DNA of 64,000 nt, from contig OZ253449.1 of the NCBI GenBank assembly GCA_965261345.1, forward strand, positions 2,144,001 to 2,208,000. Reading direction: 5' to 3'. Position 1 is the first letter of the stretch; each line of letters starts with the position of its first letter. Below the pieces are notes generated by a model. That model was given only the letters and a program-made list of their open reading frames with translations, searched no databases and was not told where the DNA came from. The translations under genes were made by a program, and so were the position numbers. This document shows, in pieces, positions 1-8,389 of this stretch. This stretch comes from Chloroflexota bacterium (GTDB lineage Bacteria > Chloroflexota > UBA11872 > VXNJ01).

Positions 1-1
1 T

Positions 2-493
2 GGCGACGTCAACCTGAGCACCGGTAATCTGCGGGCAAAGTTGGCGGCCGGCGACCTGGATGCGGTCGGCAGGATTACCGGCCGCCTGTACAGCTTGCAG
101 TCAAAGGTCGTAGTGGGCGCTGGGCGTGGTTCGCAACTGGGTTTTGCGACCGCCAACCTTGTACCTGACCCGGCGTTGCAACTGCCGCCCGACGGTGTTT
201 ACGCGGTAACTGCGCGATTGGCCGACCGACCGGAACTTTGGCCCGGGGTGGCCAATCTTGGCATCAGGCCCACCTTCGGCGGCGCGACGCAACTGCTGGA
301 AGTTCACCTTTTCGACTACGAGAACGACCTGCGCGGAGGCGACCTGCGGGTGTTTTTCAAAAAGCGACTCCGCTCGGAAAAGCGTTTTGCCGGATCGGCC
401 CAGCTGGTGGCCCAGATCAAGATCGATTGCGATCAGGCCCGGGCGATCCCCACCGGGAACCTGGATGGCTACCGACCGTGGGTGGCAGACTAG
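2..493 (+). CDS. ribF: Bifunctional riboflavin kinase/FAD synthetase, C-terminal part (5' truncated by window)
   Basis: Frame open from position 2; GRGxxLGFxTANL, DGVY, NLGxRPTF, EVHLFD and LRSEKRF kinase motifs. Confidence 0.93.
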   Translation, partial: GDVNLSTGNLRAKLAAGDLDAVGRITGRLYSLQSKVVVGAGRGSQLGFATANLVPDPALQLPPDGVYAVTARLADRPELWPGVANLGIRPTFGGATQLLEVHLFDYENDLRGGDLRVFFKKRLRSEKRFAGSAQLVAQIKIDCDQARAIPTGNLDGYRPWVAD

Positions 494-1284
494 CCCATCA
501 GGTCCTCGCCGCCGTCTACCCCGATCACGTTACCGGTGATCCAATGGGCGCGCCGGTCACAGAGCAGCGAAATTGCCTCGGCCAGGTCGCCCGGTGTCGT
601 GAGACGACCGCCCGGATTCAAGGCGGCCGAACGGGCCATCAGTTCCTGGTAGCCACGAATTTTTTCCAGTGCCGGGGTATGGGTTACACCTGCGCGCAAG
701 GCGTTGACGGTAATTTCAAGCGGTCCGCATTCGTAGGCGAGGCGGCGAACGTGGGCCTCCAGGGCTGCCTTGACCGGCCCGACCGTCCCATAGTGCGGCC
801 AGATCCGGGTGCTTCCGGCCGAAGTCATGGCAAATACCCGGCCCCCGCGGCCTAGCAGTTCTGCTTCAACCAGTCCGCGCGTCCAGTAGACGAGCGAGTG
901 GGCCATAACGTCGAAGGTCATCTCAAGCTGGCGGCTAGATATCTGGCGGCCGTCTTCGTCGGCAAAGTAGGGCAAGAGGTTGCCGAAAGCCAGTGAATGA
1001 AGCAGGACCTTGACCGGCGGGAGTGATCGTTCGGAGGCAATTTCGGACATTGCGGCGATAGCTTCAACCCGTACCGACTCGTCGGCCGCGTTGGCGTTGA
1101 AGAATTCGGCCCGCACTCCGCAATGAGTTATCGAATCGCGGATTTTTGCCACCGCCGGCATGGTGGCGCGGCGATCCAGGTGAAATCCGAATATGTTGTA
1201 CCCGTCGCTGGCCAGTTTTTGGGCGGCGGCGGCGCCGAAACCGGACGAGACGCCAAGGACTACTGCCCATTGCGGTTGGCTCAA
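490..1284 (-). CDS. Enoyl-ACP reductase (FabL/FabI-like SDR)
   Basis: GVSSGFG Rossmann motif, Y-x6-K catalytic spacing (YGTVGPVK), C-terminal WITGNVIGVDGG. Confidence 0.8.
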   Translation of the reverse strand: MSQPQWAVVLGVSSGFGAAAAQKLASDGYNIFGFHLDRRATMPAVAKIRDSITHCGVRAEFFNANAADESVRVEAIAAMSEIASERSLPPVKVLLHSLAFGNLLPYFADEDGRQISSRQLEMTFDVMAHSLVYWTRGLVEAELLGRGGRVFAMTSAGSTRIWPHYGTVGPVKAALEAHVRRLAYECGPLEITVNALRAGVTHTPALEKIRGYQELMARSAALNPGGRLTTPGDLAEAISLLCDRRAHWITGNVIGVDGGEDLMG

Positions 1285-1451
1285 CGATTGATCACTTAAT
1301 CTGTCGCCTTTAATTTGTGGTACCCGAGAATTCCGCGCGCCGTTTCGCCACTGCCGATGGCCGCCGGGCGCATTGGCACTTTACGCGATTGACCGCGTCG
1401 ATGGTTTCTGCTTTTAACTGCACCAGCGCGATCGGCCCAGGCCGATCGCGG

Positions 1452-1523
1452 AGCCGACGGTGGGAATCGAACCCACAACCTGAGCTTTACGAAAGCCCCG
1501 CTCTACCCTTGAGCCACGTCGGC
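1452..1523 (-). tRNA. tRNA-Thr(CGT)
   Basis: Reverse complement folds as a cloverleaf: GCCGACG acceptor, GGGCT-TTCGTAA-AGCTC anticodon arm, GGTTCGATTCC T-arm. Confidence 0.93.
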
Positions 1524-2432
1524 GCTTGAAGCAGTCGATTTTAGGGTTGGCTTGATGCCCCTCAGCCAGCGCTCGATCAACTCGGCCGCCCCGTCGCTCT
1601 CGGGGCCGGGGATTGCCCAATCAGCGGCTGCCAATACCCTGGAATTGCCCCCCGCGACGGCGATTCCGGTCCCGGCCCAGGTGATCATTTCCAGGTCGTT
1701 GACGTCGTCGCCGACCGCCGCTACTCGTTCGCGGGCAACCCCGAGGCGTTCGCAAAGCCAGGCCAGGGCCGAACCCTTGGAAGCGTCGGCGTTGACAAAT
1801 TCAAGCACCGCCCCGCGATAGCGTTCGCTGTTCCAGGTCATCGACCGGACGATGCCCGAAAGTCGTGAATCGATCCCTGCCTGCAAACTTTCAAGGGCCG
1901 ACGACTGGCCAAAACAGACCAGTTCCATTGCCTCGTCCAGATCGTCAAAATTGGCGTTTTCCACGAATGCCGACGGATTGGGGCGCGAATACAGTTCCAG
2001 CTGCGGATTCCCCGCAATCTCGCCGAAGACATAGAGCTTGCGGCTGCGCTCGGGAGTGTCATACCAAACCGGAATAACGCCGTGGGATATTGCGGCGCGA
2101 CTGACTGCCACCGCGGCCGAGTGGGCGATGTATCGTCGGTAAATTATTTCTCCAAAACACTCCGGCCGCAGGCTCCGCAGCGCCGCCCCGCTGCTCTGGA
2201 TGAGGTAATCGCCGGCGCCCAGCGGTTGCAGGACCACTTGGGCGGTCCGCCAACGCCGGCCGGTGGCGATAACCAAGGTGATGCCGGCCTTGCTGGCCGC
2301 GCGGATCGCGGCGATCATGCGCGCGGACAGCCGGCCGCCGCTGGGCATTAAGGTCCCGTCAATATCGAGCGCCAGTAATGCGGGCGGGGGTGCTTTGGCA
2401 GGCAGGCGGATGCGGCGGGCGAGCGGGATCAA
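1503..2432 (-). CDS. Cof-type HAD-IIB phosphatase
   Basis: DIDGTL, ATGR, KGSAL and GDDVND motifs; start uncertain; 3' end overlaps tRNA-Thr. Confidence 0.88.
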   Translation of the reverse strand: MIPLARRIRLPAKAPPPALLALDIDGTLMPSGGRLSARMIAAIRAASKAGITLVIATGRRWRTAQVVLQPLGAGDYLIQSSGAALRSLRPECFGEIIYRRYIAHSAAVAVSRAAISHGVIPVWYDTPERSRKLYVFGEIAGNPQLELYSRPNPSAFVENANFDDLDEAMELVCFGQSSALESLQAGIDSRLSGIVRSMTWNSERYRGAVLEFVNADASKGSALAWLCERLGVARERVAAVGDDVNDLEMITWAGTGIAVAGGNSRVLAAADWAIPGPESDGAAELIERWLRGIKPTLKSTASSADVAQG

Positions 2433-2543
2433 TTGCGTGGTCGAACGTTGAGCCCGCGATTATCGACCGGTTCCGGGGATGATGCCTAAATTGGCAAACT
2501 TGAATCTGGCGGAATGACAGGAATTGGACGCAAAGGACTTGCA

Positions 2544-4070
2544 ATGTATCTGGGCGTAGACATCGGAACCCAGGGGTCACGGGTAATCGCCATCAACGCG
2601 GCCGGTCACCTGCTGGGTTCGGCCGCCGGTGAACATGATCTGGCCACTCCCGCACCGGGTTGGACCGAACAGGATCCCGACCAGTGGTGGCACGCGGTGA
2701 AAACGGCGTTCGCCAAGCTAGGAGAACAGGTCGATTTGTCGGCAGTTACCGGTATTGGGCTAACCGGTCAGATGCACGGGTCGGTGTTTCTCGACGAATC
2801 GGGCCGGGTGATCCGGCCGGCCCTGCTCTGGAACGACCAGCGCACCGCGGCCCAGGCCGAACAGATGCAGGAGCTGGCCGGATCGCAATTGCTCGAAATC
2901 GCCCTCAGCCCGGCGATGACCGGGTTTCAGGCTCCCAAGATTCTTTGGCTCAGGGACCACGAACCAGAAAACTTTGCTCGCATTGCGACGGTCCTGCTGC
3001 CCAAGGACTACATCCGATTTCGCCTCAGCGGGAGGCGAGCGACCGACGTAGCCGATGCCTCGGGGGTTCTGCTCCTGGACGTTGCGCGCCGCCGGTGGTC
3101 AGAACAGCTGCTAACGGCCTTCGGAATTCCCCGGCAGTGGCTCCCCGAGGTCTTTGAGGGGCCGGCTGATACCGGGGCGATCGACGGTGCGGTCGCGCGC
3201 GAGCTGGGACTGCCCGAGGGCATTCCGATAGCCGCGGGCGGCGGCGACAACTCGGCGTCTGCGATCGGCACCGGAATTATCAAGCAGGGCGTGGTGTCGG
3301 TCAGCATCGGTTCCAGCGGGGTAGTGTTTGCCCATTCGCAACGCCCGATCGCCGACCCGGCCGGCCGCATCCACACGATGTGCCACTCAGTTCCGGGCGC
3401 GTTTCACTATATGGGCGTCATACTTTCCGCCGGCATGTCACTGCGCTGGCTGCGTGATCTGCTGCTGGACCCGGCATACGGTGGCAGGCCCCCGATCGCC
3501 GGCGATTCCTACGGACCGCTTACGGCCGCCGCCGGGAGCGCCCCGCCGGGCGGCGAGGGCTTGCTATTCCTGCCCTATCTGGCGGGAGAACGTACTCCAC
3601 ACCTTGATCCCGATGCCCGCGGCGCGCTGGTGGGATTGACCTTGCGTCACTCGCTGGGCCACGTTGCCCGGGCGGTAATCGAGGGGGTTACCTTCGCGCT
3701 GGCCGAAAGCCTGGACCTGATCGCCGAACTGGGAGTTGACACCGATCGGGTAATTGCGACCGGCGGCGGCGCGCGGTCAGATTTGTGGCTAAGGATCTTG
3801 GCCACGGTGCTGGATCGCCCGGTGCAAAGGGCCGCTGTCGAGGAGGGCCCGGCGTACGGGGCGGCCATTCTGGGGTCGGTTGTAGGGGGCGGCCACCACA
3901 GCGTCGAAGAGGCGGTGGCGGTCTGCGTGCGCTACGGCGAATCGATCGAGCCCGATCGGTCGCTGGCGCCCATCTACCACGACTACTACCGTGCGTACCG
4001 CGATCTCTACCGCGAGCACCTGCAAGCCCCCTCGCACCGGCTCGCCGGATTGGCGCGCGGCGATGGGTAG
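2544..4070 (+). CDS. xylB: Xylulokinase (FGGY family)
   Basis: YLGVDIGT, TGQMHG, LWNDQR, GGGDN and PYLAGERTP motifs; ATG 2544 follows AAGGA. Confidence 0.88.
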   Translation: MYLGVDIGTQGSRVIAINAAGHLLGSAAGEHDLATPAPGWTEQDPDQWWHAVKTAFAKLGEQVDLSAVTGIGLTGQMHGSVFLDESGRVIRPALLWNDQRTAAQAEQMQELAGSQLLEIALSPAMTGFQAPKILWLRDHEPENFARIATVLLPKDYIRFRLSGRRATDVADASGVLLLDVARRRWSEQLLTAFGIPRQWLPEVFEGPADTGAIDGAVARELGLPEGIPIAAGGGDNSASAIGTGIIKQGVVSVSIGSSGVVFAHSQRPIADPAGRIHTMCHSVPGAFHYMGVILSAGMSLRWLRDLLLDPAYGGRPPIAGDSYGPLTAAAGSAPPGGEGLLFLPYLAGERTPHLDPDARGALVGLTLRHSLGHVARAVIEGVTFALAESLDLIAELGVDTDRVIATGGGARSDLWLRILATVLDRPVQRAAVEEGPAYGAAILGSVVGGGHHSVEEAVAVCVRYGESIEPDRSLAPIYHDYYRAYRDLYREHLQAPSHRLAGLARGDG

Positions 4071-4521
4071 GCCGATCGAGGGTGAGTTGCCCGCCGTCGG
4101 AAACCTGATCCCGCAGCGCCCGCCCTTCCTTTTCATCGACCGGCTGGTGGAGCTGGATGCCCCGCGCCGGGTGGTGGCCGAATACCTGGTCCGCGGCGAC
4201 GAATTTTTCTTTGCCGGTCATTTCCCGGGCAACCCGGTCCTACCGGGCGTGATCATGGTCGAAGCGCTGGCCCAGACCGGAGCGTGCCTGGCCATGGCGA
4301 TTCCGGCTAACCGGGGCAAACTTGCGGTGTTTGCGGGAATCGACGGCATGCGGTTTAGGAGCCTTGTCCGGCCGCGCCAGCAATTGACGATGACGGTCAC
4401 GGTTGAGCGCCTGCGCTCGCGACTGGGCCGCGGCACCGGCCAGGTAATGGCCGATGGCAAACTGGCCTGTTCGGGACAACTCTCATTCGCCCTGGTGGAT
4501 GCCGCAACGGCCCGGGTTTGA
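4063..4521 (+). CDS. fabZ: 3-hydroxyacyl-ACP dehydratase
   Basis: IPQRPPFLFIDR and FFAGHFPGNPVLPGVIMVEALAQ hot-dog motifs. Confidence 0.92.
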   Translation: MGRPIEGELPAVGNLIPQRPPFLFIDRLVELDAPRRVVAEYLVRGDEFFFAGHFPGNPVLPGVIMVEALAQTGACLAMAIPANRGKLAVFAGIDGMRFRSLVRPRQQLTMTVTVERLRSRLGRGTGQVMADGKLACSGQLSFALVDAATARV

Positions 4522-5642
4522 TCGCCGGGAGGCGGCGCCGGGCCACCTCGGAATTGGCGGTTTCGCCGCTGTATAAGGCACTCGCGCCAGCCTTTGCCCG
4601 GGCCCGGCGACGGGTTCCGCCGGCTTTTGATCGGCCTGCCAGGTTGCTGGTGGTCAAGCCGGGCAGTCTCGGCGACCTGCTCCTCGCCGGTCCCTTCCTC
4701 GCCTCGCTGCGTGGGGCGTATCCGCATGCTCATATCGCCCTGGCGGTTGGAAGCTGGGCCCGCCCCGCCGCCATTGGTAACCCCAATCTCGACGAAATCA
4801 TCGATATCGGTCCGGTGGGGACCCCGGGGGCCTATGGCTGGCGCGAGGTGGCTTCCCTGGTCCGAAAAATCGCGCGCGTGGACTTTGGCGCTGCTTTCGT
4901 GCTGGATCGTTCGCCGATGATGGGCGCCCTGCCCTGGTTGGCCGGAATCCCGTTGCGGATTGGATTGGACAGCTCGGGTCGCGGCTTCAGCCACACGCAT
5001 AGGGTGGCCGTACCTCCCGGTCGCCATGAATCGGAGCTGTACCAGGACGTTGCCAGGCGCATCGGGATCACCGCTCAATGGCCGAGGCGCTGGTTTTTCC
5101 CTGACCCGGCGGTGCGCCGCCGGATGGTCGCGCGGTTGGGTAGGCCGGACCCGGATATTTCCGGATACCTGGTGGTGGCACCGGGCGGCGGCGTCAATCC
5201 AGGGGCCCGACGGACCGAAAAGCGGTGGCCCCCCAGCGGCTTTGCCCAGGTGGCCGGCGAGCTCGGCCGGAAGGCCGGGCTGTGCCCGGTGCTGGTTGGT
5301 GATGAAGCCGATTCCGATGCGGTATCGAGGGTCGCGCACCTCATCGACGGGCGGGCCGTTGATCTGTCGGGCAGGCTCGACTTTGGCGAATTGGCAGCCT
5401 TGCTCGAGCACTGTCGATTGTTCATCGCCAACGATTCGGCTACCGCCCACTTGGGCGCCGCGGTGGCGGCGGTCGGCACGGCGATATTTACGGTAACCGA
5501 TCCGCTCGTGTATGCCCCGCCGTCAACTGCGGTAGCCGTGATTGACGCACGCTCGGGCGGTCCGGTTGCCGAGCGTGCGATAGCCGCCCTGCTGGCTGGT
5601 TGGGGCGACGCAAAAGGGGCTGGGTTCCCGCGCCTCCTATAA
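4518..5642 (+). CDS. Glycosyltransferase family 9 (heptosyltransferase-like)
   Basis: SLGDLLL, KRWP and FIANDSATAHLGAA GT9 motifs. Confidence 0.85.
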   Translation: MIAGRRRRATSELAVSPLYKALAPAFARARRRVPPAFDRPARLLVVKPGSLGDLLLAGPFLASLRGAYPHAHIALAVGSWARPAAIGNPNLDEIIDIGPVGTPGAYGWREVASLVRKIARVDFGAAFVLDRSPMMGALPWLAGIPLRIGLDSSGRGFSHTHRVAVPPGRHESELYQDVARRIGITAQWPRRWFFPDPAVRRRMVARLGRPDPDISGYLVVAPGGGVNPGARRTEKRWPPSGFAQVAGELGRKAGLCPVLVGDEADSDAVSRVAHLIDGRAVDLSGRLDFGELAALLEHCRLFIANDSATAHLGAAVAAVGTAIFTVTDPLVYAPPSTAVAVIDARSGGPVAERAIAALLAGWGDAKGAGFPRLL

Positions 5643-5660
5643 TTTCGCGCTCCTTGATCT

Positions 5661-5744
5661 GGAGGGGTGGCCGAGTGGTTTAAGGCGGTGGTCTTGAAAA
5701 CCACTAACCGATGAGGTTCGTGGGTTCGAATCCCACCCCCTCCG
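5661..5744 (+). tRNA. tRNA-Ser(TGA)
   Basis: GGAGGGG/CCCCTCC acceptor, GTGGT-CTTGAAA-ACCAC anticodon arm, long variable arm, GGTTCGAATCC. Confidence 0.95.
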
Positions 5745-5761
5745 CCCTCCAGCGTCGGCAT

Positions 5762-5855
5762 GGAGGAGTCGCATAGTTGGTCTAGTGCGGCCGCCTGCTA
5801 AGCGGTTACCCGGCTTTTAACCGGGTCGCGGGTTCGAATCCCGCCTCCTCCGCCA
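5762..5855 (+). tRNA. tRNA-Ser(GCT)
   Basis: GGAGGAG/CTCCTCC acceptor, GCCGC-CTGCTAA-GCGGT anticodon arm, long variable arm, encoded CCA. Confidence 0.95.
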
Positions 5856-5959
5856 TCCCCGTCACGGTCGCGATCCGGGACGGGCACTAAGCGGCCGGGA
5901 AACCGCGCCCCGGCAATCGCCTTTCCGTCTTCTGCTAAATTGCCGGTTTCGCCGGTGGC

Positions 5960-7309
5960 CTAACCCGGCCCGCGAAATCGAATTCCAGAGGGCGATCGTT
6001 CCGGGACGCCGAGTGCCGGGCGCAGACGACCGCCGCCGGCAATTCCAGCCCAACCCGCGTAGCCGGCCTGATTTTCGAGCTGTTCGGCGATGCGAAGGAG
6101 CTGGTTGTATTTGGCGCCGCGCTCGGAACGGGCCAGCGAACCGATCTTTATCTGTCCGGCGCCGGTGGCCACGGCGATGTCGGCGATCGTGGAATCTTCG
6201 CTCTCACCGGAGCGGGCCGAAACGATCGTGGCCAGACCAGCCTGTTTGGCGCGCAGCAGCGTGACCAGGGCTTCGCTTAGGGTGCCAATCTGATTGATTT
6301 TTATCAGGATCGCGTTGGCCGCGCGCTCCTTTATCCCACGCTCGAGCCTTGCCAGATTGGTGGTGAACAGGTCGTCGCCCAAAATCTGCACCGATTTCCC
6401 CAGGGTGGCGTTCAGGGTGGTCCAGCCGGCCCAGTCATCTTCGGCCAGGCCGTCCTCTACTGATGCGATCGGGTACTGCTGGCAAAGCCGATCGATCAGG
6501 CTGACCATTTCGGGCGCGCTGAGGCGGCGTTTTTCGGCAGCCAGGACATATTTGCCGTCGGCGTAAAAATGCTGGGCGGCGATGTCTAAGCCGATCGCCA
6601 TCTGCCGGCCCGGAGTGAGCCCGGCGCTCTCGATGGCCTCAACTAGCAGCTCCAGGGCGGCCTCGTTGCTGGCCAGCCGTGGGCCGAATCCGCCCTCGTC
6701 GGCCAGCAGCAGCGAATGACCCCGGGCCTCGAGCAGATCGGCGACGGATGATCGCACCGCGGCAACCCATTCGAGGGCCTGGCCGATAGATTCGGCGCCG
6801 GCCGGGATCACCAGGTAATCCTGGAAATCGAGTTTTCGACCTGCGTGCAGACCACCGGAGATGATGTTGATCATCGGAGTAGGCAGTGACGGCGTAAACC
6901 CCATCAAGGCAAGATACTGGTGCAATTTGAGGCCGGCCGCCGCCGCCGCCGCACGGGCGGCGGCCAGCGAGACGCCAAGTAGCGCGTTGGCGCCGAGGCG
7001 GACCTTGTTGGGGGTGCCGTCGAGGTTTATCAGCGCCTGATCGATTTCGTCCTGTTCGGCGCAATCCATCCCGGTAAGGTGCTGGGCGATTTCGCCGTTT
7101 ACATTGGCGACTGCTTTTTGGACCCCGTAACCGCGGTAACGAGCTGGGTCGCCATCGCGCAGCTCGTGGGCTTCGTGCGTTCCGGTCGAGGCCCCTGAAG
7201 GCACGATTGCTCGCCCGAATCCCCCGTCGCAGGCCAGGTCGACCTCGACGGTAGGGTTGCCGCGCGAGTCGAGCACCTCACGGGCGCGCAGCGATCGAAT
7301 TAGCGGCAT
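5960..7309 (-). CDS. eno: Enolase-family protein (phosphopyruvate hydratase variant)
   Basis: LDSRGNPTVEV, PSGASTG, DEGG, GDDLF and KINQIG motifs; SHRSG is replaced by SARSG; ATG 7309 chosen by homology. Confidence 0.85.
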   Translation of the reverse strand: MPLIRSLRAREVLDSRGNPTVEVDLACDGGFGRAIVPSGASTGTHEAHELRDGDPARYRGYGVQKAVANVNGEIAQHLTGMDCAEQDEIDQALINLDGTPNKVRLGANALLGVSLAAARAAAAAAGLKLHQYLALMGFTPSLPTPMINIISGGLHAGRKLDFQDYLVIPAGAESIGQALEWVAAVRSSVADLLEARGHSLLLADEGGFGPRLASNEAALELLVEAIESAGLTPGRQMAIGLDIAAQHFYADGKYVLAAEKRRLSAPEMVSLIDRLCQQYPIASVEDGLAEDDWAGWTTLNATLGKSVQILGDDLFTTNLARLERGIKERAANAILIKINQIGTLSEALVTLLRAKQAGLATIVSARSGESEDSTIADIAVATGAGQIKIGSLARSERGAKYNQLLRIAEQLENQAGYAGWAGIAGGGRLRPALGVPERSPSGIRFRGPG

Positions 7310-7325
7310 TTGATTTGGACACCTT

Positions 7326-8336
7326 TCAGGTTGATGCGCATCTGGCCGATTGGCAGGCGCCAGCGACGGTGGCGATCCGGCCGGAAAGCAGGCAGTGACC
7401 CAGATCGAGTACCCGCTTGCGGGCAAGCGGGTCGACCAGGTATTCGACCGGCGATTTTCCGTCTAGGCGCGCCAGCAGCAGACCACCCAAGCAGCGGGTT
7501 GTGGCCAATTCCTGGCCGGGCATCGACCAGTCTCCCAGCCGCTTGCGATAGTTTTCCCAAAACCTTCGCGCCAAATCGACATAATCTCCGACCAAGTGGG
7601 GAAGGTGCTGCGATTTGATGAGCAGGTGGGCCAGCATGAATGCGGGATCAAAGGCAGGGTGCCCGTAGTGGGAAATCTCAAAATCGAGCAGAAATACATT
7701 TCCGGAACGATCCGACATCACATTCTTGGGCGAATAGTCGCCGTGGACCATGCAGACTCTGGTCGACCCCAGTTCGGTTGCCAGTGCGGCTATCTGCGCC
7801 GCCGCGCCAGGATGACGGGACCTCAACTGGGCACCCAGATACGGTTCGAGCCGGCCTTGCCGGAATGTGTCGTGGCTGGGAAAGCGGCGAGCGAGCCGTG
7901 GATATTGCGCGGACGATAATTGCCAATCGGCAAGCAATCTGCCGATCGCCTGGGCGACCGCCGGTTGGATGCTTCCGGCGAGAAGTCGAGTTTTCCAGTT
8001 CGTGTATCCGGGCGGCGCACAGGTCATTGTCAGAATGTAGTTGGTCTGATCGAGTTGCAGCACAGTCGGTACCCCGGTGCGGTCGACCCGCTCTTGCCAG
8101 AAACGCATGGCGTCGGCCTCGCGGCAGATGCGAACTCGATCGATTTCCCAATGCGCATCCACCCGGAGCCGGGCAAACGGCTGCTTTACCACGGCGCAAC
8201 CGCGATCGGATTCAACCCTGAAAACCGCGTTGGAAACCCCGCCGCCGGACAGGTCGTTGACTATCAATTGCCCGGAGTCGGATGGCAACCCGGCCGCGAT
8301 AGCCAGTCGCCCGGCGTTCGTTTCATTCAGCTGCAA
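7326..8336 (-). CDS. APH/methylthioribose-kinase-like phosphotransferase
   Basis: GGVSN, VVKQ, HGDYSPKN and LLDFE motifs of the protein-kinase-like small-molecule kinases. Confidence 0.82.
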   Translation of the reverse strand: MQLNETNAGRLAIAAGLPSDSGQLIVNDLSGGGVSNAVFRVESDRGCAVVKQPFARLRVDAHWEIDRVRICREADAMRFWQERVDRTGVPTVLQLDQTNYILTMTCAPPGYTNWKTRLLAGSIQPAVAQAIGRLLADWQLSSAQYPRLARRFPSHDTFRQGRLEPYLGAQLRSRHPGAAAQIAALATELGSTRVCMVHGDYSPKNVMSDRSGNVFLLDFEISHYGHPAFDPAFMLAHLLIKSQHLPHLVGDYVDLARRFWENYRKRLGDWSMPGQELATTRCLGGLLLARLDGKSPVEYLVDPLARKRVLDLGHCLLSGRIATVAGACQSARCAST

Positions 8337-8389
8337 CCCGGCCTCGATCCCAGGAATTTGAGGAATTGGCGATACGTATAAATTTTGGG

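Noticed and set aside
4218-5450. 410-aa minus-strand ORF
   Set aside because: Antisense shadow of fabZ/GT9 with no motifs; common in high-GC DNA.
7310-7426. N-terminal extension of the enolase
   Set aside because: Overlaps the kinase gene; enolase homology starts at ATG 7309.
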